DNA from: Camelus dromedarius
Taxonomy: Eukaryota
Reading direction: 5' to 3'
Assembly: GCF_036321535.1 (NCBI RefSeq)
Contig: NC_087451.1
Span: forward strand, 9,424,001-9,488,000
DNA length: 64,000 nucleotides
The position numbers and the translations under genes were made by a program. Positions within the stretch are counted from its first letter, which is position 1. The number at the start of each line of letters is the position of its first letter. Below, piece by piece: positions 37,961 to 50,049 of the stretch. A model generated the notes under the pieces. The model was not told the DNA's origin. It did no database searches and saw only the letters and a program-made list of their open reading frames with translations.

Positions 37961-38883
37961 TTCAGCGATATTGCTGCCCCCAACACACAGGAGGTGTTTG
38001 ATAAATGGCAGCATTTATTATTTTTTTTTCCACTGAGTTATTAAAAGTAACTATTCCTGATGCAGTGATTGGTGATACGACAACCCACATGAAGCATCAG
38101 ACTCCTCTGCGCAGTCCAGTTATCCTTCAGCAGTGCGACTTGTCTGGTATAGTATCCTTGACATCCAGAATAAGGACAGTGTGAACATAAATATTCGAAC
38201 TTTAAGCGTGCCAATTGAGAAAATGAGGATAAATGGGCTTCATTACCAAACGTCTCCTGACCGCCCTGGAGGATATATGGGGCTGAGCAGATAAAGAATT
38301 ATGATAAAACTTAGGAGCTGCGTATAAATGGGGCTTTGTGACCTGCTGGATAAGGTTGAGACTTAGAGCCAGACCTAGGAGGGTCACATTCCTTCCTCGG
38401 CATGGTGGGGATCCCGGGCTCACCCAGACAATAGGGGATTCATAGCTTGAGAATTCTAATGATGACTGAAAGGAGGGCTGCAGCCAGAACAAGAGGACTT
38501 TTCAGAAGCAGGACCCTGATTATCACATCGGTGCTACAGCCCAGCGAGAGGCTGCCGAGAGGCAGTATGAAGCCAGCCGTTCTTGGAAAGCTTTCAGCGA
38601 AGTGTTTGTAACCTCCTTTAAGAGAATCCCATTTCTCAAAAATGCAACACTGGAAAATCTCACATGATTAGTTCAGATAAACAGCCTGTCATCAAATCAC
38701 ACTAGAAATCACACGGACCCTCTCTTTTTTGAAGAGTCCTTTTGAACGTCATGAGTCTAGTTTCCAAGACTTAGAGAAAAAAAAAAATCCAAAAGAAGGT
38801 TTCTCGGTATATTTGGGGACCTTTACTTTTAGTCTGAAAGGTCAACGGGTGCTTTAAACAAAATAATCAAGAAATACCGTGCC

Positions 38884-39000
38884 AAAAGCGAATATATCTG
38901 TGGGACATATGGGACATTATGCTGTGCAGCAGAAATTGACACGTTGTAACTGACTATACTTCAATAAAAAAAGAAAAAGCAAAAAAGAAAAAGCAAAAAT
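38884..39000 (+). mobile_element. Ultra-short L1 3' end
   Basis: gggacattatgctgt...gaaattgacacgttgtaactgactatacttcaataaaa. TSD gaaataccgtgcc (38871-83) / gaaatactgtgcc (39001-13). Confidence 0.82.
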
Positions 39001-39729
39001 GAAATACTGTGCCTATGAACAGTCTGCACCTTTTGAAAAGGTCTGCTTGGGATTGAATAGCTGATGCCCTCCCCCACCCGTTTTCTTTTTTCTTTGGGGC
39101 TTAGAAATTGAGAGGGAGGAGGCGGAAGAGCTTCACATTCATTACTAACAACTTTGCACATAATAAGCATGTTCAGATACACCCTGGGGTGTTAGTTTTC
39201 TTTTCCTATTTTTTGTCTCCTTTTTAACAGCTTTCGATAAGTAGCACATTTTATTTTTGAAAAAAGAATCGGAGCCGTTACCGAGCCACCACACCCTAAA
39301 GGAAGGTCAGGAGATTAGAGAGGGAAGTAGGCTGGACAAAACTCTTTGCTGACCACAGTAAGGGACTACCACTTTTTTTTCCCATAATTTAATTTTGAGA
39401 CTCCAATGAAAAGGTACTCCCTCAAAAAAAAAAAAAAATGCTGAGGAAAAAGTGAAAAAGTGTTACAAAATGGTCATGAAAAAGTGATCAGTTTAAACTG
39501 ATGTCTTACCGACAAACCACATGGAACTAACCACAGGGCAGACATGCATTTGCTATGATATAGGAACATTCTCAAAATAGGGGCATGATTTTGCAGGAGA
39601 GTGTGGACGTGAGGAGCTTCTGGTGTTGGTGGGCACCAGGCTCATTTCACAAGTGTTCTGAAATTTGAAATGTTGCACTTCACAGATCAGAGAACAGGAT
39701 AGTACTAAAAGGAACCTTTGAACTGAGTT

Positions 39730-39870
39730 GACCCAACTCCCTCATTTTACAAGTGGGAAAGCTGAGACCTCAGGGGAGAAGGTAACTTGCCCAAGGTCAC
39801 ACAGCTGGTGAGGAGAGCTCTCGGTCTCGAGTTGAAACTCCCCATCCCAAACCAGGGTTCTTTCCACTGA
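39730..39870 (-). mobile_element. MIR
   Basis: ctcattttacaagtgggaaagctgagac...taacttgcccaaggtcacacagctgg. Confidence 0.75.
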
Positions 39871-40099
39871 GCTAAACAACCCCGACATGGGAAACTGCAG
39901 ACCCTCACATTTAATCGGGAGTCCCCTTTAGAGGGAAACTCTACACCTGTTCCGCTGCAAATGGCCCTGCTGTTGCCAGAGGTAGTTCATCGCAGCTGGC
40001 ACTGACTTCTTTAGCTGCTGCTAAATGGCTTCTTCATAGTAGCCTAGGCGCATACACCTGGCTCCAAGGACTGCTTCCCGCTCTTTCCTCTGTCTTCAA

Positions 40100-40800
40100 A
40101 AGGTGCTTAGACCGTTTACCTGAATTCCTAAATTATCACTACGTTTGTGTACTGGGATTGAGTGATGTCACCATCATCTACCATCATGCAGGTTAAACTC
40201 AACTTCTTTCTCGCGCTCACTTCCTCCCCTACTCTCAACTGGACCATTGATAAATCCTGTAAGTTCTGCCTCCAAAGTGTGTCCCATGGGCCGTGATGGC
40301 TAGACCCAAGGGATCTTTAATCAGCTACACTGACATTCTCCTGCTCAGATCTCTGTTGCCAGTAGGATAAAGTCCAAACTGTTCCACGTGGTGTCTGAGC
40401 GCTCCCCATTCTAGCCCCCGCCTACTTTTGGAACCGAAATTCCACTAGATCCTCTCATCACCATTTACACCAGCACAACCAACTGCTTGTCATTCCCCAA
40501 ATATTCCAGGAATTCTATGCAGTGACTCCATTCCCTTCTCTTCTTTTCAACCGTCATTCCTCCAGATCCAGTTGAAATGCAGCCTTCTCTGTGCATCTTC
40601 CCTAAGCATCCCAGAAGGAAGCAATCACTCTTTTGTGCTCCCTGAGCACATTTCTTACACTTTTTTAGGACACTTTAAAACTCTGCCCTCTATTATAATA
40701 AATTGCATCTCCCCCACTAAATAGATCTCTTTTATCTTTCAAAGATGTCGCATTCATCTTTGTACCCCTCCACACCAGAGTGTTTCATCCAGTGCTTTGC
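40100..40800 (+). mobile_element. L2
   Basis: gttctgcctccaaa...taggataaagtccaaact...gcagccttctctgtgcatcttccct...cattcatctttgtaccc. Confidence 0.65.
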
Positions 40801-41505
40801 ATATCATAAACAGTTTTCTTTCTTGATATTTTTTGAGTGTTTAGTATCTGTAACACACTAGGCCAGGCAGTGTAAGGACTGGAGGAGGAAAATAAGAAAT
40901 AACTAAAATGCAATCCCTGTCTTCATAGGAGCTTTAATCAGTGAGACACATTCACAAATAACCTAAGTGAGCTAATGGTGGGGGTGGACTTGGGTGGAGA
41001 GGAAGTGCTGAGTATGCAACAAACATTCTCAGTGTTCCGGATGAGAACACCGATGTGATGATATGGAGGGTGGGGTGATGGGGGAGGGGCAGGGGGAAAG
41101 AAAGGGCAAGGCTGCTTTTAAGGCCGTCTCTGGGCTGTGGTTATTATTAGAGCCTTGTCTAATAGAGCTGGCTGGTCCAATCCATCCTACCCCCAAAACC
41201 AGTCAGTCTTCCTAAAGCAAGACTCTGGTCATTGACCTCCCTTTTCAGGTGTTTCTTGTTGAATGAATCAGCATGAAATAATTGCTGATTTATGTTCAGT
41301 GTTACGGAGAATATCCGTTTGTAGATGAGACAAACTCCAGGAAACAGCTGAGAACAAAAAGTGAGAACGTACCGGCAAAGTGCTGGGAGGCCTGGGACAA
41401 AGTAGGTGTGTGATTAGTATGGCCTGAGATTACTCGAGAGGGAATAATCAGAGGAGATAAGCATTCAGTGGTGGCCACTGGGCAAGAAAAATTAGAGGTA
41501 CTGGA

Positions 41506-41645
41506 GGGGGAGGGTATAGTTCAGTGATAGAGCATGTGCTTAGCATGCACAAGGTCCTGGGTTCAATCCCCAGTACCTCCATTAAAAAACAAACAACAAA
41601 AACCTAGTTACCTCCCCCCTCCAAAAATAAAACATAAAGGTTTTT
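41506..41645 (+). mobile_element. tRNA-Ala-derived SINE
   Basis: Head folds as a cloverleaf (41510-41581, anticodon AGC). A-rich tail, ACCTAGTTACCTCCCCC, then a T5 run near 41641-45. Confidence 0.92.
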
Positions 41646-41779
41646 AATTAGATGTGCTAAGTGAATTTTAGGGTTCCTTTCAATTCTCAGACCCCTGTTC
41701 TGCTTTGAGAAGCACTTCCACAAAGCACTCACTAAATGTTTTTTGTTTCTGTTTTGGGTTTTGTTTTTTGTTTTTTTGT

Positions 41780-42240
41780 TTTTTTGGTTTTTTTTGACTG
41801 CCTTCTGTGTGCCAGGAACTCTGCTAGACACTGGAGCTAGAACAGTGAATAGAAGATTTTGCACTTAAACTCTCAGAGTAACATGGGATGACTGATGTTA
41901 AAAATGTGATGGGTATAATGATGGGAGAGGACAAGGTGCTACAGGACCACAGAGTCAGGACTCTAACAGCCCAGGGGCAGAAAAATATCCCTGAGAGATG
42001 ATGTTTGAGTCAAGACTCTAAGACCACACATGAGTCAGCCAGACACAAAAGGGACTGAACCGAGGAAAATCATATGTAGAATGCTGGAGTTAATAGACAG
42101 GATGGCACATCCTAGGAACTGAAAGACATTCATGGAAGGCAAGTAGGAAGGTGGCAAGAAATTAAGCTACAGGGATAGGCGGAACCAAATTATGCAGAAC
42201 TCCAGTGAAGTATGTTAAGGAGTTTACACCTAGGGGATAG
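41780..42240 (-). mobile_element. L2
   Basis: tgtgtgccaggaactctgctagacactgg...gaacagtgaat...gagtttacacctaggg. Confidence 0.65.
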
Positions 42241-44185
42241 GCTTTTGGTAACATTAAAGTATCTGGCCCAGTGTAGCTAGCCTACTAAGTATTAATAAAC
42301 GCCTGTTGAAGAGTGGATTAATAAATGAATGGATGAATGAATGGATTTCCTCTGCAATAGACTCATGAAATGACTCAGACTGGAGCGTTGGCTCTGGAAA
42401 GCAATGCCACTGTTAGAGGCATTGTCCCCTTAGGTCTGCATAGCAATTGAACTAATGACCCCTGTGAGGCAGCCCTTCACCTTAGTAGAATTACTCAGGG
42501 TCACCTGACTTACCCCAGGAGATGGAATTTAAGTAAATCTGCATTCAAGTCAGAGTTTTCCTAGAGATAAGGGTAGAGTTTTACCTGGCAATCATTTGGG
42601 CTTAAGCTGTGAAAGGGTAGCCTGACTCTTTCTTAATCCTTGATGAAAAAATAGCCTTCTCAACCTCAAGGGCATGCGTATTCCCAAATTAGATTACTTC
42701 TAGCAGTTCTTCCGTGGACGAACAAGTCCAAGGAGAGAAGGAGAGAAAAAATGTTCCGGAGAGAGATTTTGGCTTTTGAACAAGAAAAAGTAAAACAATC
42801 GTGGAAAGCTTAGCTGAAATCCTCCTCTGGACACCCAGGTTAATGTGTCACTGAGCCTTACCGCGATCCCAGCTCCAGAACGGCCACCTGTTGGAGACCA
42901 GTGAACTGCCAGGGTGAGATGCTGTCTCCAGAAAGGGGTCCGATTTTCAGGAACACAAGATGCCACTCCCAGGATTCTAATTAATTACCAGGCCAAACTC
43001 CACCCTCTTGTTCATAGCGAAGAGACTCTCTCCTGATTTGCTACCGAATCACATTCAGAGTTGGGAAGCTGACTCAGCTCCAGGTCTAAGTAACAGACCA
43101 GAGTCAGTGCGTGGTAGAAGGGTCCGGAATTATTTCTGAAGCCATCACAGCAGCTAAGCTTTCATTTGGCAGAGAGAGAATCTGAATAGAGCTTTAGAAT
43201 TATTCTCAATGATTCTAGGGATGTGTGCACATGTGTGTGTGCACGTGGGTGCGTGCGTGTGCAGTATTCATACGTGCTCTTTATCAGCAGTGTCTCCCTA
43301 AACATAGTAAGCAGCCAGTGAGGGTCATTTGCCATTTCATTTCAGAGAGAAACATGAAATGTACCTACGTAAGTGGCTTTCTAGGAAATCCACTCTGTGC
43401 GGCTTGTTGGTCAGGTAAAGGGCAATGCTGTGAAAGGAGTCAGGTGCACCCAGATGTGGCTGGCATGGGAGAAGCACTGGGATCTTCTTCCTAAGCCCGA
43501 ACCTCTCAGTGGCCTAAGTCCCTACTTTCTCAGAACCTACTGAGGCAAAAATATACTCTAGCATTGGCTGAACAGCCCTGACTGGATTGGGAGTGTTCTA
43601 AAGATGCCCCCTGTTCCTGCCAGGAGCTTGTAAAGGATGGTACGGGTGCCCCGAGGTGAGAGGATGTGGCTGCCACCTGTGGGCTTCTGGTCCCAGGCAG
43701 CTCTGGGAGTAAGGGGCTGTCTGGCCCCTGGAGACCTGCAGGTCATTTGCAGTCACAGTTTGCTGGCTGGGCTCTCAGACGCCAGACAATACTTCTTTCC
43801 CTGCACTTCGTGTAGTGCAAGCTAACTGGCTGCCTCACTGCCCCTTTGCTCATCCTTGAGTAACAATCGGGTCCAATTCAGTCTTGTCTGCCTTGAAGCT
43901 TGTTGTCCCTGCCTGCCATTCCTAATGGACCTCACAGATACCGTAGGCTAAAGACGTACAGAAGTCATGGCATCCTTTTACCACACGCACAAGAGCCTGA
44001 GAAATCAAGCCTTCCCGGGGCTGCAGTCCCGAGAATACACCTAGATTCCGAGCCAAGCTGTTTCTTCCCTCCCTTCTCTCCCTGTGCATCATTTGCTCTT
44101 TTATTTTGCATTAAGAGTAGCTTAGTGATCACGGACTTCGGCTCGTGCCTGTAGTGATCCTCTTCGCATTTTATCCTTTACACAG

Positions 44186-44320
44186 AATAGGAAGGAGGTT
44201 CGCTTGCTTTGCGCAGAGGCTGAGCCACAGGAGAAAGCAAAGCCAATGTGATTTATTGAATGAGAGCCCTGGACAATTACCAACAACTTGTTCCTCTGCT
44301 GCCTCCAACAACCTAAGCTG
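44186..44320 (+). CDS. ANKFN1: ANKFN1 internal coding exon (135 nt, phase 2-2)
   Basis: Acceptor ttatcctttacacAG (44184-85) and donor GTAAGT (44321). Translates IGRRFACFAQRLSHRRKQSQCDLLNESPGQLPTTCSSAASNNLS(W), matching the ANKFN1 N-terminus as I recall it. The terminal TG joins the G of the next exon to give Trp. Confidence 0.93.
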
Positions 44321-45145
44321 GTAAGTCCAATTTATCGTTCTTTCTTCGTGTGAACATGGAGCTTTCTTAGTTACCGATTATTTTTTAAATGTGTACGTGT
44401 TGCTGCAGTTTAAATAATAGAAAAAAATCTGCGTCTTCCAAAGTTAGCTGCAGGTGGTCCACAAAGAATGCACCTGAGCCCATACACAGCAGTCTGCAAC
44501 AGCACATACAGACCATGTGTATAGGCAAGGGTGGGGGTACAGGAGCCCCATTTCTGATACGTGGGCATTTTGTTTGCAGTAGGCTTCAGGGCATGTTGTA
44601 CTTGCATAACTGATTAGCACTTGATATGAAAAAGACATTATTTTTTTGTTGTTGTATAAGGTCATTTCCACTCAGATTCCTGAGTGCCTATCACATACCT
44701 GTGGGATCAGGTAAAGATGGATCCCATCGTGCTGATAATCCTGAATATAAATCCAGGCACACTGTTGTCTTTAATCTGGTTTTCAGGCTGGACATACAGA
44801 GCAGAATGCCAGCATTCCATCCATCCTGGATAGGCAGGATCATAAATAACCTCATGACTCTGTTGGTGAGGATATCTGCCAAGGGGACACAGTACACATT
44901 CATGCAAACCCTTGCTTGACCAACTGCCACTTTTGCACCCATGTCTCTTAAGTCCTTTCTTGAGTCCATGAAGATATATGGTGTGTAGGATGCACAAAGT
45001 TTGAAAGTGGGATTTTTTTTTACTGCACATATTTTTAAATTTTACATATATGTACTGTTCATTGTTTCTAAGAATGTTTAGAGCTTTAGCTTGTTAAACT
45101 TACATAGTTATCAAAGGAATAAAGCCCACCACAAAATAAGAATTA

Positions 45146-45316
45146 ATTCAAAAAGATACATGCACCCTACTATTAACAGCAACATTATTTATAATTGCCA
45201 AGACATGGAAGCACCCTGAGTGCACATCCATAGATGGATGGATAAAGAAGATGCAGCACATATATGTGATGGAATACAACTCACCCGTAAGAAAGGATAT
45301 TTTGCCATTTGCAGCC
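45146..45316 (+). mobile_element. Internal young L1 ORF2 C-terminal fragment
   Basis: Open frame IQKDTCTLLLTATLFIIAKTWKHPECTSIDGWIKKMQHIYVMEYNSPVRKDILPFAA. No 3' UTR or poly(A). Confidence 0.85.
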
Positions 45317-46148
45317 CTTCATTCATGAAAGTGGGATGTTTTAAGTGCCCTGTTACCCGTGCTGGTTGTTGGCCCAGCCAAGTCTGCTGGAAGTACCACT
45401 GATAATCAAGGCTGAGTTTGCTTCTGTGCTAGGCCCCACCAAATCCCCATACTCACTTAATTTCTTCATTTCCTAAGTAAGAGGTAAGCCAGTTTCTGCA
45501 GAGGGATATAGTAAATGGAGAAAGCTATTGCGTTTCCTATCACCACCACCACCACGCCTCCTAGTCTTTTGTTTGCCTGGCTACTGCGAGAATTGAGGGC
45601 AGCATCGATCCATCTCCGGTGGGCTCAGAGTCCATACAAACATCATACAGAGTTTAATGTCTCTGGTGCACTCTCTCTGCAGTATACCACTCGCTGTTCA
45701 GATGAAGCTGTGGCTTTGGATGCTGACAAGGATGGATAATGTTGGAACAGTGAGCAGCATGCTTCTCTAAATAAAAACCAAGTTAGGAAATCTGAGAGAT
45801 GGGTGACGTTTTGCCTAGTAGAAAGTATCCCCAGGTCACTCAATCACAAGAACAGGGTCATTCTCCCATGTGATTTGGCTCTTTCACAAAGGATGGCATT
45901 TTAACAGGAAAGAGACAGAATGGCTTAGTGGTTTGGGATGTCAGGAAAGCAAGTCCCTTTTGTTGGTTCCCAGACAAAGAGCGTATCTTTGAGAAATTCA
46001 GTTACTCTCCCTGGATCTCCATTCTTGCATCCCTTCCATTCCAGAGTGTTTCAAAGAAGAAGTGCTAAATAAGTTAATTATCCATGAGATACTGCTTAAA
46101 TCTTTCTTGTTAAAGGATGCAACAGGTTATCAAGATCATTGTTCATGA

Positions 46149-46304
46149 GGGGAGGGTACAGCTCAGTGGGAGAGTGCATGCTAAGCATGCACAAAGTCCT
46201 GGGTTCAATTCCCAGTACCTCCATTAAAAAAAAAAAATTAAAATAAATAAACCTAATTAATTACCAGCCCCCTAAAAGAGAAATCTTACAAAAAAATTTT
46301 TTAA
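46149..46304 (+). mobile_element. tRNA-Ala-derived SINE with TSD
   Basis: Same head and tail, with T6 before a short A run. 14-bp TSD aagatcattgttca (46132-45) / aagatcatcgttca (46305-18), one CpG-type mismatch. Confidence 0.92.
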
Positions 46305-47059
46305 AAGATCATCGTTCAGGCACTCTTATCCAGAGGCCATGCAACGGAAACCCACAGATGAGAGGTAATAGGAGATGTGTGCCCCCTCCCCCGCCTAAGG
46401 GATACAGGGCACTCTGAAGGAAACGTGATTACACTTAGGGAATCAGAGGAGGAGAATAGAGCTCCTCACTGGCATTAAAAAAAAAAAAAACAAACAAACA
46501 AACAACAAAAAACTTCAAATTCAAATAAATAGGTCATGTAAATTTTTTTTCATTATTGATCAGTAATTGATTTTCTATTCTTAGGATGACAAGATACTGA
46601 AGGCCTTAAATGTTTTGAAGCAAACAAACATGGAAATATTTGGGGGGAGTTAACTCAAGGATTAGTGGAATCCATGATGGAATTTATGACAACTCTGAGT
46701 TGTTCAAATTACCCCCATACGCATATGCGTGGAATTAGCAGTTGCAAATGTACTATGATTTGAGGAATTCTAGAGGCTCATTTGCCAAAAAAAAGAAAAA
46801 AAAAGAAAAAAGAAAAAAAATTGTCCCATCTCTAGGATTAAGGTACCTGAAATTCTTTCATCGGGGATTCAGTTAGGTATTGCTGTCTTTTATAAAATAT
46901 AGATATTTCTTAGGAGGAATGCTAAAGCCATTGATACCTTATCATGAATGATTGTACCAAAAAGTTTTCTACCTCAGGGGAAACCCAAAAAGTGTTGCGT
47001 TAATATTATATTAATTCTTCTGCTTTGCATTTATTTCATACCTGTCTCCAAGAACTTCC

Positions 47060-48040
47060 CTCATAATTATTATTTCACTCTTGATCAGAAAACTAAGTAG
47101 CCTTTGGGACAAGCTGCCTCCTTTTTGTGTGGAATGCCTGGATGAGACAGTATCATCTGGATTTCCTCTAGGCCCTTGAGAGTCACACTGTGGAAAGCTG
47201 AATTCGCTGTCTTTCCCCTTTAAATCCACTCCTCCTCCTGTATTTCTTGTTGTTGTTGTTTTAATTATTGGTGGAACCATTGTGCACCTAGTCAGCCAAG
47301 CAAAGCTTGTAGAAGTCATCTTCCGATTTCCTGATTCCTTCAGCACAGCCCCTCCATCCAATCACTAACCAAGCTTGATCCATTTTACTTTCTTCATTTT
47401 TTTAATCTGTCCGGCCCTCTCCATCCCCGTTGTCATATACTGTAGTGGAAGTCACCAGCTCTCAAGAGACTTTTTCAAGACCTTCATCCTTGGTTGTCTC
47501 TTGTCACTGGTCCCTCCACACCCCACTCACCTTCAAACCACCCTCTGGATGCCACCAGAGTAATTCTCTAAAAAAGGCAAAATCAGCTTTTCCTTAAGGG
47601 ATTCCCTGCTGGGAGCAGGTTGAAGTCTGTGCTCGTTATCATGGCATACATGGGAAGCCCTTGATGGACTGGCCCTACCACCGCTCCAGGTTTCTTTCCC
47701 AAGGCCCTGGCATGGCGGGTGAAATGTACCCCTGAATGTGTCAGAGCCCAGAAGAGAACCATTAGGATGCCTACGGGCACTGACCTACCAGCAACACCGT
47801 GGCAAACACCGTGGCACTGCGCGTCTCCATGTCCTCCCCTGAGCTATTATACCTGGAACGCCCTTCCCCTTCCTTCCTACTTACAGATTCTTCATTCACT
47901 GTTCTAAATTCCTGCTCGGGAGCACCTTCTCTCACCCATTTCCCCACCCCCTTCTCCCAAGACCACCTCCTGTCACCCACTTACCCCTTTGTGTTACTTC
48001 TTTGCCTTAGGCATTTGAGAGCAGTGTCTAGACGTTGAGA
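47060..48040 (+). mobile_element. L2
   Basis: agtcatctt...ccatccaatcac...ctctccatcccc...ccagagtaattctctaaaa...cattcactgttctaaattcctgctc. Confidence 0.65.
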
Positions 48041-48059
48041 TATCAAATCTAAACTCATA

Positions 48060-48250
48060 TTGCTAGGGTTTGTACCTCAGATCTGTTGTTTAGTAGTGCC
48101 TCAATTTCTTACCATGTAAAATGGGGGTGATAATAGTCCTTACTTCATAGGGCTGTTGTGGGATTTGGCAAACCGATTACATATAAAGGCGTTATTCAAA
48201 ATCGCTCCTGGCTCACAGAAGGTGCTATGGAAGTAAAATATATTGTTGTT
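48060..48250 (+). mobile_element. MIR
   Basis: gtgcctcaatttcttaccatgtaaaatgggggtgataatagtccttacttcatagggctgttgtg. Confidence 0.72.
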
Positions 48251-48342
48251 ATCCTGTAATTTCACATAGCACCCTATTTCAAAGCTACATACCCTTGCAT
48301 CACTGTCCTCCTTTTTAGCCTATGAGCTCCTTGGGCTACAGG

Positions 48343-48454
48343 TAGGGTAATCAACTTGTTTCAGTTGGCCCAGGACTTTCCCATTTTAGCACTGTGAGTC
48401 CTGCATCCTGAAAATTCCACAGTCCCAGGCAAACCAAGACAGTTGGTCACCCTC
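48343..48454. mobile_element. MER81 (hAT-Blackjack) palindromic MITE
   Basis: tagggtaatcaac...gcccaggact...ttttagcactg...agtcccaggcaaaccaagacagttggtcaccct; terminal inverted repeats. Confidence 0.82.
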
Positions 48455-49179
48455 TGAGGACCCTGTCTTTTTCCCCTTTGAGCCCCCAGGGTCTATCACA
48501 GGATACGCAGGTGACAAAGCTGATCGTCCATAAGGGATTATTGAACTATAGGACCAGCATTAATTCTTTTCTCCTTCTTCCTCATAAACGTGCTTTCAGA
48601 CTTCAAAAATCAGTCTTCTTCTTGCTGTGAAGTCACAGCTGACTTTTCAAAACTTATCACTGAATAGCTGAATATCTCATTTTTAAAAAACGCACAAGAA
48701 CTGGAAAGAATGCTTCCACCCTCTTACATATCATCAGTGTAATAGAACTGGCCAGACTTCAGCAATCGAAGACATACCCGTCATGTTAACAGCCGGCGGA
48801 GGGCGGTCACCCTTTCTTTTCTATCCAGTGACAGGCAGGTTGAAGACTGAAGGTCCCCAGTTCACGTCACAGCCTGAAGGGCAATCCTGTCCCAGTCAGA
48901 AATGTTCCCTTCACTGAACGTATCTGTCCACCGAGCTGTCAAGAACAGCTAGAGCTCCTGTTTCTAAATATGCTTTGTCTTACAACCGCTTCTCATCCAA
49001 ACTGGCTCAGATCTTTTTTCACAGTACAGGTACAATAAGAAAGCCCCCACAACCAAGCTCCTATGAAACAGGAACTCTGGGGCTGCCAGAACTCATAATG
49101 AGGACGAGATCTTGTCTTTGAATCAAGATCTCAGAAGACACTTGACAGGCAGCCTGACCAGGCTCCCCCAGGCAGAACA

Positions 49180-49390
49180 ATAGCAGAGTTGCTAAGAGCA
49201 CGGGCTTTGGAATCAGAGTTCAAATTCTGCCTCCTCCATTTACTGGCTGTGGGATCTTGGACAAATTACCTAACCTCTCTGGGCCTCAGTTTTCTTGTTT
49301 GTAAAATGAAGTTGTAATAACAGTACCAACTTCTAGAATTATCATTACATTTTGTCTTAGCCTGTGAAAACAAAGCTTGAGCAAAATCAA
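49180..49390 (+). mobile_element. MIR
   Basis: gctaagagcacgggctttggaatcagagttcaaattctgcctc...ttggacaaattacctaacctctctgggcctcagtttt. Confidence 0.78.
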
Positions 49391-50049
49391 TTGTGAATAT
49401 TCTCTTAGGTATTGGGAGATACAACCTCACGGCATCAAGAGTGAAAGGAAAAGGGAGATGAGTCATGGAAGGAGGGAAAACAAACATAAGTGGTTTGTAA
49501 GTGAACAAGCCAGGGCATCCCAAGGAAACACATCTGGTTGTTTGTTTGTTTGCATGTGATTGCTTCCAAGAAGCCCTCAAAATAGCCCACAGGGAAGGAA
49601 GGTAGAGGAAATTATCTGCTGGCTACATCCAAGCTCTCATCTCTCACTGGTCCAGTTTTTCCCATTTCCGGGTAGTATTACCCACTCCTGGAGGGTAGCC
49701 ATGAGTGAACCTGGAGCCTCCTTCCGTGAGTCTGGTTGGGTCAGAGCTGTTGCAGCTACTGTCACAGCAAGCATGGTGGAGGTCATGCCAGAACCTGCCC
49801 TTCACTTGAGACAGCTGGTGGGGTTAAGACACAGGGTGATGGCAGCAGCCAAAGCTCTCTGTTTGAGCACGTGGCCAAGGCTGTTTTGAAATATATCTGA
49901 AGAGGCTCCACTCTCCACAAGTTATTCTTGCCATTTTGGACCTGGATTCTCAAGGCTGCTGTCACTCTTCCCTTACAGCTTAGTTCTAGGTATATTTGCA
50001 GGTCCTCCAAAAGTATAGCTGAGGTCAGGCTGTACGATGTCAAAGAGCA

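Noticed and set aside
39231-39305. 75-nt pseudo-exon with a strong acceptor and AAG|GTCAGG donor
   Set aside because: Stops in all three frames, the donor is weak, and there is no further support.
43890-44160. Possible LTR just upstream of the 135-nt exon
   Set aside because: No TG...CA termini, TSD or recognisable consensus; reads as ordinary acceptor-proximal intron.
44626-45030. Three overlapping ORFs of 92-107 aa
   Set aside because: No motif matching any transposase or protein family I recognise.
15437-46304. Calling the five tRNA-like heads genuine tRNA-Ala genes
   Set aside because: They share the 5' GGGGA extension, the A2-C71 mismatch, a common non-tRNA tail, A-rich ends and (in some copies) TSDs, which marks them as SINE copies.
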